A program made the translations under genes and the position numbers. A stretch of 64,000 nt of DNA from a virus (taxonomy: Duplodnaviria > Caudoviricetes): the IMG/VR virus record IMGVR_UViG_3300023218_000003, positions 10,592-74,591 of that record, one strand, 5' to 3'. This document shows positions 55,463 through 64,000 of this stretch, piece by piece. A model generated the notes under the pieces. That model did no database searches. It had not been told where the DNA came from and saw only the letters and a program-made list of their open reading frames with translations. The stretch's first letter is position 1. Each line of letters begins with the position of its first letter.

Positions 55463-55508
55463 AAAAAAGCCGCACTGCCTTTCGTAGCGACCGATCGGCA
55501 GTGCGGCT
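55463..55508 (-). terminator. 12-bp hairpin; terminator orientation on the minus strand
   Basis: A6 then AGCCGCACTGCC-17nt-GGCAGTGCGGCT. Confidence 0.55.
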
Positions 55509-55534
55509 AATTCAACAACAGGGACAACGACAAC

Positions 55535-56722
55535 ATGCCATTCAGCAGGAACGACGTCAAGCCCGACGACTTAGTCTTTCAACGCGACTTCACACGACAT
55601 CTTCTTCGACACTGGCTGAAGCACTTGAACGGCTGCGAAGCTGCGTGCGTGTTGTTCATCTTCGATCGCACGATTCAGTGGGGCAAGCTTCACGAACGCA
55701 TCCCGCTTCGACACTTCACTGACGGCATCGTCAGTCGTGATCTGAAAGTTCACAGCGAAGGCGTGAACTACAGCAAGCGACAGATCATGACTGCGCTGAA
55801 GAAGCTTGAAGACGGCAATCTGATCGAAGTCTTGTCGACGTCGCCGACAGCGCCGAAACTTTTCGGAATCAGAATCGAAGCGACGACAGATGAATTGAAA
55901 CAATTTTCAAACATGAAGAAGATCGCACGACCGAAACGAATGAAGAACGTCGACGAAGATCACGTCGGCACTGGTGAAATTATTTCACCAAAGAAGCGCA
56001 GAACTGGTGAAGAAACTTCACCAACTGGTGAAAAAACTTCACCACATAAGAGAAGAAAAGAGAAGACGACGAAAAGTTCAAAAGAGAAGAAACTGTGTTC
56101 CGCTGACGCGGAACAGACTCTGACTTCAGTCGAAGAACGAATCGCAAAGAAGCAGACTGAACGTGAAGAAAAGCGTCGTCGCTACATCGAACAGAATCGC
56201 ACGCTGCTGAAGAAAGAACTGTCGCGCTTCTGGCGTGACACGATCGCGAACTATCACGACGACATGCGTGCGCTTTCGCTGAACGTCGCGCAGACGTCTG
56301 CGCTTTACGGCAAGCAGAAGAAGTTCGTCGCTGCTATGCACGACGAATCGTTCGTCGAGTTTCTCGACTGGACGATCGCGCACTGGCACAACATCATCGA
56401 CAGCACGTTTCACTGGATGACTGACGCGCCGCAGATCGTCGAAGCGTGGTTCTTCTTGAAGCACTTCGACAAGTTCTTCGCGATGTATGAAAAGCGCGAT
56501 CGTCTTCTTCGACAATGGGAAGCTGCTGAAGATGTCGAGACGAAAGAAGATGTCGAGACAGCAGCGATTCGACGCGAACGACAGAAGCTTGAACAAGAAC
56601 GACAGAAGCTTGAAATCGAACGACGCAAGGGAAGACGCGTTGCGCTGCCGTCGAAGAAGCGCGATCTTTCGCAATCGCTGAACGACGGTGAATTCACTTT
56701 CAAAGAAGACGACGAAGAATGA
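55535..56722 (+). CDS. replication initiator (lambda O-like, winged HTH)
   Basis: N-term FIFDRTIQWGK..YSKRQIMTALKKLE; internal iterons; upstream of helicase. Confidence 0.75.
   Translation: MPFSRNDVKPDDLVFQRDFTRHLLRHWLKHLNGCEAACVLFIFDRTIQWGKLHERIPLRHFTDGIVSRDLKVHSEGVNYSKRQIMTALKKLEDGNLIEVLSTSPTAPKLFGIRIEATTDELKQFSNMKKIARPKRMKNVDEDHVGTGEIISPKKRRTGEETSPTGEKTSPHKRRKEKTTKSSKEKKLCSADAEQTLTSVEERIAKKQTEREEKRRRYIEQNRTLLKKELSRFWRDTIANYHDDMRALSLNVAQTSALYGKQKKFVAAMHDESFVEFLDWTIAHWHNIIDSTFHWMTDAPQIVEAWFFLKHFDKFFAMYEKRDRLLRQWEAAEDVETKEDVETAAIRRERQKLEQERQKLEIERRKGRRVALPSKKRDLSQSLNDGEFTFKEDDEE
55895..55910. promoter_or_regulatory. operator-like palindrome (inside initiator gene, near iterons)
   Basis: TTGAAACAATTTTCAA. 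Confidence 0.7.
55970..56044. repeat. three 21-bp palindromic iterons (replication origin)
   Basis: ACTGGTGAA-N5-TTCACCA at 55970, 56003, 56024, followed by an A-rich tract. Confidence 0.8.
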
Positions 56723-57264
56723 ACGACACAGAATTCGAAGAAGCAATGAAGCGCGCGGGCGTGCGTCACTATTATCGCGACCGTGACAAGCGTCTGTCGC
56801 AGTATCTTGACGACGCGAATCATCCGTTGCTGAAGTTCATGACGAAGAAGCAGAACGTCGTTGATCACATTCGCGAACAGAACAAGCACATCGTCATCGT
56901 CGACAAGAACGGCAACGGTCAGCACGTCATGAATCTGACAGTGCGCGGTCTTCTGCTGTATTCGATCGCGACGACGATGACTTCGATGCCGAAACTTGCA
57001 GACATCATCGAAGACTGGGAACGACGATCGCACGTGATGGAAGAAATCGAAGACGTCGAAGTCTTCGCTGTGCTGATGGCACACACGCAGCACGACATCA
57101 ACGCGACACGTGTCGAAGCACTGCTGCGCGAAGCGATCGCTGACGGCGCAGTTCTTCTGCTGCATGTCGAAGCGCCGATCGAATCTTGCGACACATTCAG
57201 TCAGTCGTTCAGACAGATGATCGCTGCTGACTGCATTCAATTCGAAATCGAAAGCAAGAACTGA
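56719..57264 (+). CDS. putative degenerate DnaC/IstB-like helicase loader
   Basis: Between initiator and DnaB; HIVIVDKNGNGQH sits at a Walker A position but lacks GKT. Confidence 0.4.
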   Translation: MNDTEFEEAMKRAGVRHYYRDRDKRLSQYLDDANHPLLKFMTKKQNVVDHIREQNKHIVIVDKNGNGQHVMNLTVRGLLLYSIATTMTSMPKLADIIEDWERRSHVMEEIEDVEVFAVLMAHTQHDINATRVEALLREAIADGAVLLLHVEAPIESCDTFSQSFRQMIAADCIQFEIESKN

Positions 57265-58521
57265 ATGTCACTGGGAACACAATTCATTCGCGCTTGTCTG
57301 CGTGACGGGAACACAGCGCTGCTGCGCGATGCGAAGTCACAGCTTTTCATCGGCGACGACGAAGAACACTGCTTCGACTTCGTCAGATCGCATCTGTCTG
57401 AATACGGCGCACTGCCCGACAAGCAAGTCATCGAAGAAGCAGGCGTGCCGATAGCACGTCGCGCGAAGCAACCCGCGCAGTTCTATCTTGATCGACTGCG
57501 AAAGCGATTCGTCTTCGCGCAGATCAATTCTGAAATGCCTGACTTTCGCGCAGCGATGGAAGGCGAAGACGTCGAATCAGCAGTTCGACACATGCGCGCG
57601 ATGATCGCGGGCGCGACTGAACAGCTTCAGCCGAATTCGTTTTCTACACTCGACAGTCTTGCTGAAGAAGTTCGTGACGACTACGAACACGCGAAGAATC
57701 ATCCCGGTCTTCGCGGCATCACGCTTGGCTGGCCGACACTTGACGCGTTGACACTTGGCGCGCAGGGCGGTGACTTGATCGTCGTCGCTGGCAGAACGGG
57801 CATGGGCAAGTCGTGGGTGCTGTCGAAGATGGCGCACGAAGCTTGGCTGTCGGGTCACAGTATGCTTTTTGTGTCGATGGAAATGTCGCTTGTGCCGATC
57901 GCACGTCGCTTCGTCGGACTTCACAGCGGCGTGAATCCGAACTATATCAGATCGGGTCAGCTTTCGAAGCAGGGCGAACAGAAGCTGATGTCTGAACTTG
58001 ATGACATCACAGCGACAGGCGCGAACGCATACTTCTTGTCGGGCGACTTCAAAAAAGAAGTCAGTGCGATCGAAGAAATGGTCAGCGAATTCGACTGCGA
58101 AATCATCTACATCGACGCAGCGTATCTGATGTCACCGACTGCGAAGCGCGGCGGTAGCATCACACGATGGGAACAGATCGCGACAGTCGTTCAAGAATTG
58201 AAGCAGCTTGCGCTGAAAACGAACAAGCCGATCGTCATCAGCGTGCAGATGAATCGCAACGTGAAGAAGCGTTCGACGAAGTCACTGGACACGGGCGACA
58301 TCGCAGGCAGTGACAGCATCCCGCAAGACGCATCGATCGTTTTCGGTCTGCGACAAGGTCCGTCGCCTTTCGAGAAGACGCGACGCATCGGCGAACTGAT
58401 GAAGAATCGTGAAGGCGAAGAAGCGCGCATCGACTTCAACTTCAAGTTCGCGCCCGTCGATCTGTCGGAAACGCCGATCATCGATGAAGTCGAAATGAAC
58501 GATGTGAACTACATGCTATGA
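57265..58521 (+). CDS. dnaB: replicative DNA helicase
   Basis: AGRTGMGKS, FVSMEM, IYIDAAYL, QMNR, GSDSIPQDA, KNREG. Confidence 0.93.
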   Translation: MSLGTQFIRACLRDGNTALLRDAKSQLFIGDDEEHCFDFVRSHLSEYGALPDKQVIEEAGVPIARRAKQPAQFYLDRLRKRFVFAQINSEMPDFRAAMEGEDVESAVRHMRAMIAGATEQLQPNSFSTLDSLAEEVRDDYEHAKNHPGLRGITLGWPTLDALTLGAQGGDLIVVAGRTGMGKSWVLSKMAHEAWLSGHSMLFVSMEMSLVPIARRFVGLHSGVNPNYIRSGQLSKQGEQKLMSELDDITATGANAYFLSGDFKKEVSAIEEMVSEFDCEIIYIDAAYLMSPTAKRGGSITRWEQIATVVQELKQLALKTNKPIVISVQMNRNVKKRSTKSLDTGDIAGSDSIPQDASIVFGLRQGPSPFEKTRRIGELMKNREGEEARIDFNFKFAPVDLSETPIIDEVEMNDVNYML

Positions 58522-58727
58522 ATGAAATCGAAGAAGTGAACTTCAGAAAGAAGCACAACAAGCTTCACTGGCTTCTGTGCTTGTATCGTCAGATCAGATT
58601 CAGACGAACGATCTTCGCGTGTCGTGTATATTTTCGACCGTTGAAAAAATTTTCAAGACGACTGATGCAGTCAGATCGACGCAAGCTGAAGACGCAGAAA
58701 TATCATGAACGAAGAAGAAGAAATTGA
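58518..58727 (+). CDS. possible small ORF
   Basis: ATGA overlap with dnaB, but contains operator palindrome; may be partly non-coding. Confidence 0.3.
   Translation: MNEIEEVNFRKKHNKLHWLLCLYRQIRFRRTIFACRVYFRPLKKFSRRLMQSDRRKLKTQKYHERRRRN
58641..58656. promoter_or_regulatory. operator-like palindrome upstream of polA
   Basis: TTGAAAAAATTTTCAA. Confidence 0.75.
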
Positions 58728-61650
58728 AGACATCATCGTCAAGGGAAGTGACGATGCAGAACTGATCGTGATCACTGACGCGCCGCTGCGCAGCAGCTAC
58801 GACGAAGGCAAGGTGATGCCGAAGCACGAACTTGCGCTGTTCGGCGAACACGCGAAGCGCAACGGGTTCAGCCCGAAGAAGACTGCGTTCATCACGCCTT
58901 GTGCGCCGATCCCGAAAGAAGCGCAGTCGACCGAAAAGAAGATTGGTGAATTCTTGTCGAAGTATCACAGCGCAGTTCATGAAGCGATCGCGCAGTTCAG
59001 TGAAGCGAAGCTGCTGATCTATTTCGGCAAAGACGCAGGGCGACAGTTCGTCGGTCGACCCGTGAAGACCACGCAAGCGTGCGGCAGCATCGATCATCCC
59101 GACAAGTATGACTTCGCAGTTCTGCCGATGCTGTCGCCGCGAAACGTGCTGCGACGTCCGCATCTGAAGCAGCAGTTCGAAACTGACTTCTTGATCGCGG
59201 GCACGTATCGCGAAAGCGGCTGGGAAGATGACGTGTTCGAAGGCGCGTCACGCGAAGCGAAATACGAATGGCGCGACGATCTTCAGTTCTTGATCGATAT
59301 GAAGCCGAAGAAGCTTGTCGTCGACACAGAAACTGTCGGGCTGAAGTGGTTCGACAATCAGCGCGTGCTGTGCGTGCAGTTCTGCTGGGCGAAAGGCAAA
59401 GCGTGCGCAGTGCCGTTCGATGTCGAATACGGTCAGCGCATCTTCGGCGAAGACTTCAGTCAAGCTGACGTCGACAGACTTGTGAAGCAGACGAAGAAGA
59501 TTCTGTCGCGCAAGTCGACGGGCGTCGTCGGTCACAATTTCAAGTTCGATCTTCACGCGCTGAAGAACTTCGGCATCGACGTCGCGAACTTCGCGCATGA
59601 AACGATTCAGCTTGCATACACTGCTGACGACAACATGGAATCGAAGTCGCTTGATCACTGCGTTCGTCGATGGGTTCCCGAAATGGCTGGCTACGCTGAC
59701 GAATTCAACAAGTCGCCCGTTCACAAGAAGAAGTCGCGCATGGACTTGGTCGATGTCGAAGACATGCTGTTCTACGGCTGCGGCGACGTCGACGCGACGT
59801 TCAGACTTTGCACGAATCTTCTGCGCGTCTGTCGAGAAGACACGAAGAACTTCAACGTGTATCAGCGCGTCAAGATGCCCGCGATTCGCAAGACGTTCTT
59901 CGAATGCGAACGCAACGGCTATCACGTCGACCGTGAAGCGCTGATGAAGATGCGTGACTTCGTGTTCGAAGAAGAAGAACGACTGTATCACGAACTGATT
60001 CAAGAAGTGCCCGCTGCTGTGAAGCGACGCTGGTTGAACAAGAAGAAAGAACAGAACAAGTCGCCGCGCGACGTGCTGTCATTCACTCGCGACGCGTTCA
60101 CTGTCGACGTGCTGTTCAGCGAAGACGGATTCGGTCTGACGCCCGTCGTCTTCACAGACAGCACGAAGAATCTTGAACCCTACGAAGACGAAGAAACTGG
60201 CGAATGGGTCGACCCGCGCGTGCCGTCAGCTTCGATCAAGACGCACTTGCCGCTGTTCGATCACGACTTCGTGACGACGCTGATCGAATACAAGAAGATT
60301 CTGAAATACATCAGCACGTATGTCGGAAGCCCGCAGACAGCAGAGAAAGAAACAGTCAGACTGCTGAAGTCGCGCAAGTATCCGAAGAAGATCATCGATA
60401 TATTCGAAGCAGCGAACGTCGAATTGCCGCCGATCCCGAAGAAGAACGAACGAACGCGCTTCATTCGATTGCCGAAAGAAGTGAAGCCGAAACCCGTCAA
60501 CATCATCACGGGCATCCCGCGAGACGATGACGGCAGTCGCGTCGACTACGCACGCATGTCGACCGACACGATCATGCGAAAGATCGTCACGCCCGACAGC
60601 GGCTTCTTCAAGCATCTGTCACCGACAGGCGACATGATTCACCCGTCGCTGCATCTTCATCGCACAGTGACCGGCAGAACATCGTCGTCTGATCCGAATG
60701 CGCAGAACTTCCCGAAGCGCGGTGAACTTGCGAAGCTGTTTCGATCTGTGTTCAAGCCGCGCCCCGGATGGGTGATGCTTGAATGTGACTTGTCGCAGAT
60801 CGAACTTCGAATCGCTGCATGGATGGCGAACGAGTCGACGATGCTTCACATCTATCAGAACGGCGGCGACATTCACGCATACACTGGCGCGAACGTCGCT
60901 GGCATCGATCGCGACTTCTTCATGACGCTGAAGGGCAGCAAAGAAGATTTCGACGCGCACGCTGTCGGCTACGAAGGGCGACTGCTTGACGGCGTCAAGA
61001 CGATGGGTGACTTCTTCGATCGCTTTCGATACTACGCGAAAGCTGTGAACTTCGGCTTCATTTACGGCATGTGGTGGGTGAAGTTCAAAGACTACGCGAA
61101 GACCGACTATCAGATCGAACTGACAGATCGCGAAGCTGAAGCGATGCGCGAATCATTCTTCGAATCGTATCCCGGTCTGAACGACTGGCACTGGAACATG
61201 AAGAACTTCGCTGAAGCGCACGGCTACGTTCGCAGCTTGCACGGCGGGCTTCGTCGACTCCCCGACATCTACAGCAACGACGAAGCGATTCAAGGTGAAG
61301 CGAAGCGTCAGGCGATCAACGCGCCCGTGCAGCACTTCGCTTCTGATCTTGGCGTCATGGGATTGAATCGATTCACGCGCGACTGCCCGAAAGAAGTCAT
61401 TCAGCCGATCGGTTTCGTTCACGATGCAGGCTACATTCAAGCGCGCGAAGACTATGCGATGGAAGCAGCAGCTTCGATCAAGTTCTACATGCAGACGAAT
61501 CCGCTTGAAGCGTGGTTCAATCTTCACGCGCCGATCCCGCTGACTGCTGACGTGTCTGGCCCCGCTGACAACATGGCTGACATGGAAGAAATCGAAGGGC
61601 TTGAAGCGTATCAGCCCGACTGGTATCGCGCTGATCTTGACGCTGCGTGA
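58705..61650 (+). CDS. polA: family A DNA polymerase with N-terminal UDG-like domain and 3'-5' exonuclease
   Basis: Exo VVDTET, GHNFKFD, YGCGDVD; pol TVTGRTSS, DLSQIELR, RYYAKAVNFGFIYG, VHD; SPO1-like UDG N-terminus. Confidence 0.95.
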   Translation: MNEEEEIEDIIVKGSDDAELIVITDAPLRSSYDEGKVMPKHELALFGEHAKRNGFSPKKTAFITPCAPIPKEAQSTEKKIGEFLSKYHSAVHEAIAQFSEAKLLIYFGKDAGRQFVGRPVKTTQACGSIDHPDKYDFAVLPMLSPRNVLRRPHLKQQFETDFLIAGTYRESGWEDDVFEGASREAKYEWRDDLQFLIDMKPKKLVVDTETVGLKWFDNQRVLCVQFCWAKGKACAVPFDVEYGQRIFGEDFSQADVDRLVKQTKKILSRKSTGVVGHNFKFDLHALKNFGIDVANFAHETIQLAYTADDNMESKSLDHCVRRWVPEMAGYADEFNKSPVHKKKSRMDLVDVEDMLFYGCGDVDATFRLCTNLLRVCREDTKNFNVYQRVKMPAIRKTFFECERNGYHVDREALMKMRDFVFEEEERLYHELIQEVPAAVKRRWLNKKKEQNKSPRDVLSFTRDAFTVDVLFSEDGFGLTPVVFTDSTKNLEPYEDEETGEWVDPRVPSASIKTHLPLFDHDFVTTLIEYKKILKYISTYVGSPQTAEKETVRLLKSRKYPKKIIDIFEAANVELPPIPKKNERTRFIRLPKEVKPKPVNIITGIPRDDDGSRVDYARMSTDTIMRKIVTPDSGFFKHLSPTGDMIHPSLHLHRTVTGRTSSSDPNAQNFPKRGELAKLFRSVFKPRPGWVMLECDLSQIELRIAAWMANESTMLHIYQNGGDIHAYTGANVAGIDRDFFMTLKGSKEDFDAHAVGYEGRLLDGVKTMGDFFDRFRYYAKAVNFGFIYGMWWVKFKDYAKTDYQIELTDREAEAMRESFFESYPGLNDWHWNMKNFAEAHGYVRSLHGGLRRLPDIYSNDEAIQGEAKRQAINAPVQHFASDLGVMGLNRFTRDCPKEVIQPIGFVHDAGYIQAREDYAMEAAASIKFYMQTNPLEAWFNLHAPIPLTADVSGPADNMADMEEIEGLEAYQPDWYRADLDAA

Positions 61651-61718
61651 TTGAAAATTTTTTCAAACAAGAAAGCGAAAAGAATCGACTTGCACGCGTG
61701 ACAAAGAAGCGCGATCTT
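61651..61718 (+). promoter_or_regulatory. operator palindrome + early promoter module
   Basis: TTGAAAATTTTTTCAA; TTGCAC-GCGTGA-CAAAGA-AGCGC-GATCTT at 61690. Confidence 0.7.
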
Positions 61719-61773
61719 TTCTTCGCCGCGCATGAAGCGCGCATTCAATAACAGAACAACACACGTCGAAGTC

Positions 61774-62196
61774 ATGGCAACAGAACAACACACACGCAAG
61801 ATCGGTCGCAACACTCTGAAGCAAGCGTCCGAAGAACTGAAGTCGAAGGCGAAAGAAGTCTTCAAGCTGAACACGCAGAAGAACAAGTTCGATCGTCAGT
61901 TCAGCAAAGCGCGTCGCGAACTGTTCGCAGCGCAAGAAGAAGCAGGCGTCACGTCGTTCACGTGCGACGCGATCATCGACGGCAAGAAGGTGACGATCGA
62001 ATCGAAGATCGAAACGCCGAAGCGACAAGTCGTCGACATCGAACTGCTTCGCGGACTTGTCGACGAAGACACGTTCTTGAAGATCGTCAGCGTGACGCAG
62101 AAGTCTGTCGTCGACAACGCAGGCAAAGCGATCTTCGACCGCTGCGCGAAGACGGTCGACGGCACACGCGCCGTCAACGTGAAAGCTGCGAAGTGA
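61774..62196 (+). CDS. hypothetical protein
   Basis: ORF after operator+promoter module. Confidence 0.65.
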   Translation: MATEQHTRKIGRNTLKQASEELKSKAKEVFKLNTQKNKFDRQFSKARRELFAAQEEAGVTSFTCDAIIDGKKVTIESKIETPKRQVVDIELLRGLVDEDTFLKIVSVTQKSVVDNAGKAIFDRCAKTVDGTRAVNVKAAK

Positions 62197-62223
62197 TCGC
62201 AGACTGACACGACAACACAACAC

Positions 62224-62260
62224 AAGCGCGCCGTCGTCTGTAACAGGGCGGCGGCGCTTT
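62224..62260 (+). terminator. terminator-like hairpin
   Basis: GC-rich stem, short loop, short T tract. Confidence 0.55.
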
Positions 62261-62261
62261 C

Positions 62262-62897
62262 ATGTCACACCAAGCAATAGATTGCGCGATGTATCTTTCA
62301 CCGTTTCAGAAGTTCGACGAAGCAACGAATCAGACTTCGTTCAGCAGCATCTATCTGACGCAGCGCGTCGCAGCGACGTGGCCGCTTCTTCCGATGCAGC
62401 ACGAAACAGATCACGGCTTCGATCACTGGGAACGCGTTCATACGAACGCGCGACAGCTTGCAGAACTTGAAGGCTACGAAGGCGACAAGTATGTGTTCGA
62501 AGCAGTCGAACTGTTCGCGCTGCTTCACGACAGTCAGCGAGTCAACGAACACACAGACGACAAGCACGGTTTGCGCGCAGCAGAAGTGATGATGCGCTTT
62601 CTGAAGAATGATCTGCTGCACTATTACAGCATGAACGCGATCTTCGCAGCGATGCGCGCGTGTGCGCTTCACACTGACATCAATCCGCACGTCGTTCACG
62701 GTCGACACGGCGTGAAGAATCACTTCCCGCTGCACAAAGAAAACATCGACGATCACATCATGATGATCTGTCTTGATGCTGATCGACTTGATCGCACGCG
62801 CTTCGAAGGCGAAGACGTGAAGACGAAGTATCTGTTCACTGAATCTGCTGCTGAACTTGTCGTGAACGGCGAACACTGGAACGCATCTGAAGCATGA
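62262..62897 (+). CDS. HD-domain phosphohydrolase
   Basis: HGFDHWERV, ALLHDS, HG..AA, HT, CLDADRLD. Confidence 0.85.
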   Translation: MSHQAIDCAMYLSPFQKFDEATNQTSFSSIYLTQRVAATWPLLPMQHETDHGFDHWERVHTNARQLAELEGYEGDKYVFEAVELFALLHDSQRVNEHTDDKHGLRAAEVMMRFLKNDLLHYYSMNAIFAAMRACALHTDINPHVVHGRHGVKNHFPLHKENIDDHIMMICLDADRLDRTRFEGEDVKTKYLFTESAAELVVNGEHWNASEA

Positions 62898-63910
62898 ACG
62901 AACCGAATCTGACAAAGCATCTTCACAATCTTGAAATCGAAATCGTCGGCGAGTCGCGCGGCTGGATCAGCGCACGATGCCCGTTCGCTGAATTCTATCA
63001 CTCGCGCGGATACGATCGACGACCGTCGTTCTTCGCACACATCAACGACACGGGCGTCAGCGGCTTCAACTGCTTCACGTGCGGTCAGAAGGGCGCGATC
63101 GTCTCGCTTTACAAGAAGCTTGGCGAACTGCGCGGTGAAAACTACATGCGCGAAATCATCGAAGCTGAATTCGATGAAGTGCCCGAAGATTTCGGCACAT
63201 TCGGTCAGCGACGCGCGCAGATCGAAGAAGCGAAAGCAGTCGACGAAGCGATCTTTGTCGGCATGTATCCGTCAGCGTGGGACATTGCAGACGCGCGTCA
63301 GTATCTGATCGATCGTGACGTGAACGAACGCGCAGCGACGAAGCTTGATCTGCTGTTCGATCCTGACGAACGACGCATCTTGTTCTCTGTTCGCGACATC
63401 GACTTCGATCTGTTTGGCTTCACGGGAAGAACGATCATCGAAAAGCGCGACTATCCGTATCCCGATTTTCCGAAAGTGCGCGACTACGCAGGGTTGAAGA
63501 AAGAACAGCTTCTGCTGAACGAACAGCACTTCAATTCGAACAAGCCGACGATCATCGTCGAAGGTCTGTTTGCAGTCGCACGCGCAGTCAGTGAACGTGC
63601 AGACAAGATCGCGAACATCATGGCGACGATGAGCGCGCACATGTCAGACTTTCAAGCTGAACGCTTGATCGATCATGGCAAGCCCGTCTATCTGCTGTTC
63701 GATGACGACGAAGCAGGCGACGTCGGTCTGTATGGCAAGCGCGATCACGAAGACAAGCACGAAGGCAACGGCGCAGTCGACAAGCTGAAGACTGACGTGC
63801 GCACATTCATCGCTGCGTTTCCCGAAGATCGTGAAGATGTCGATGACTTCGATCTTGATGACTACAAGTTCGCAATCGAAGAAGCTGACTGCGTTTCTGT
63901 TGATCTTTGA
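62894..63910 (+). CDS. dnaG: DNA primase (Zn-binding + TOPRIM)
   Basis: CPF..H..CFTC; IIVEGLF; LLFDDDEAG. Confidence 0.9.
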   Translation: MNEPNLTKHLHNLEIEIVGESRGWISARCPFAEFYHSRGYDRRPSFFAHINDTGVSGFNCFTCGQKGAIVSLYKKLGELRGENYMREIIEAEFDEVPEDFGTFGQRRAQIEEAKAVDEAIFVGMYPSAWDIADARQYLIDRDVNERAATKLDLLFDPDERRILFSVRDIDFDLFGFTGRTIIEKRDYPYPDFPKVRDYAGLKKEQLLLNEQHFNSNKPTIIVEGLFAVARAVSERADKIANIMATMSAHMSDFQAERLIDHGKPVYLLFDDDEAGDVGLYGKRDHEDKHEGNGAVDKLKTDVRTFIAAFPEDREDVDDFDLDDYKFAIEEADCVSVDL

Positions 63911-63958
63911 ACATTCACAGACGACATTCTGATTCACGTCGCTGACAAGCGACACAAC

Positions 63959-63980
63959 AAAAAAAAAAAAAAAAAAAAAA
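63959..63980 (+). repeat. A22 homopolymer
   Basis: 22 consecutive A. Confidence 0.9.
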
Positions 63981-64000
63981 CAATACAATACTATGGCAAA

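Noticed and set aside
60328-60600. Intein or intron in DNA polymerase
   Set aside because: No Cys/Ser start, His-Asn end or LAGLIDADG/HNH motif; the frame is continuous.
868-61666. CRISPR array or transposon ends for the repeated palindromes
   Set aside because: Copies are dispersed, only 16 bp, without regular spacers, cas genes, transposase or target duplications.
1-64000. Genome-wide TAG recoding (code 15)
   Set aside because: All long essential genes are intact under code 11, and several TAGs behave as real stops (72, 4478, 13976, 22174).
1-64000. Prophage/integration module
   Set aside because: No integrase, att-like boundary, obvious repressor or host genes were seen; lifestyle cannot be decided from this window alone.

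Overview
The window is 64 kb from the middle of a large, GC-rich, long-tailed dsDNA bacteriophage genome (HK97-type head, siphovirus-like tail). It starts inside a gene, and almost all genes are on the + strand. From 1 to 14 kb: early/accessory genes, including RNase H, an ART-like protein, an amber-anticodon tRNA, a nucleotide-rhamnose epimerase/reductase, a nuclease, an L,D-transpeptidase, a methyltransferase and a capsule-type glycosyltransferase. From 14 to 18 kb: packaging genes (ParB-GNAT fusion, TerS, TerL), followed by GroES. From 20 to 29 kb: head genes (portal, MuF with a metallopeptidase extension, protease, capsid). From 29 to 33 kb: an accessory insert. From 33 to 50 kb: tail genes with a -1 frameshift chaperone, two GT-A glycosyltransferases and a sulfotransferase interleaved with Ser/Thr-rich tail proteins. 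From 50 to 51.5 kb: lysis. From 52 to 55 kb: a Ycf46-AAA/DUF1257/DUF2997 cluster. From 55.5 to 64 kb: replication (initiator with iterons, DnaB, UDG-PolA, HD protein, primase). The most notable signals are a candidate phage-encoded virion glycosylation plus sulfation system, a CUA suppressor tRNA with candidate read-through targets, strong CC/GG avoidance, and three repeated regulatory motifs. All protein assignments come from motif recognition by eye; no database searches were run. The host is not identifiable with certainty. No integrase or CRISPR array was seen.
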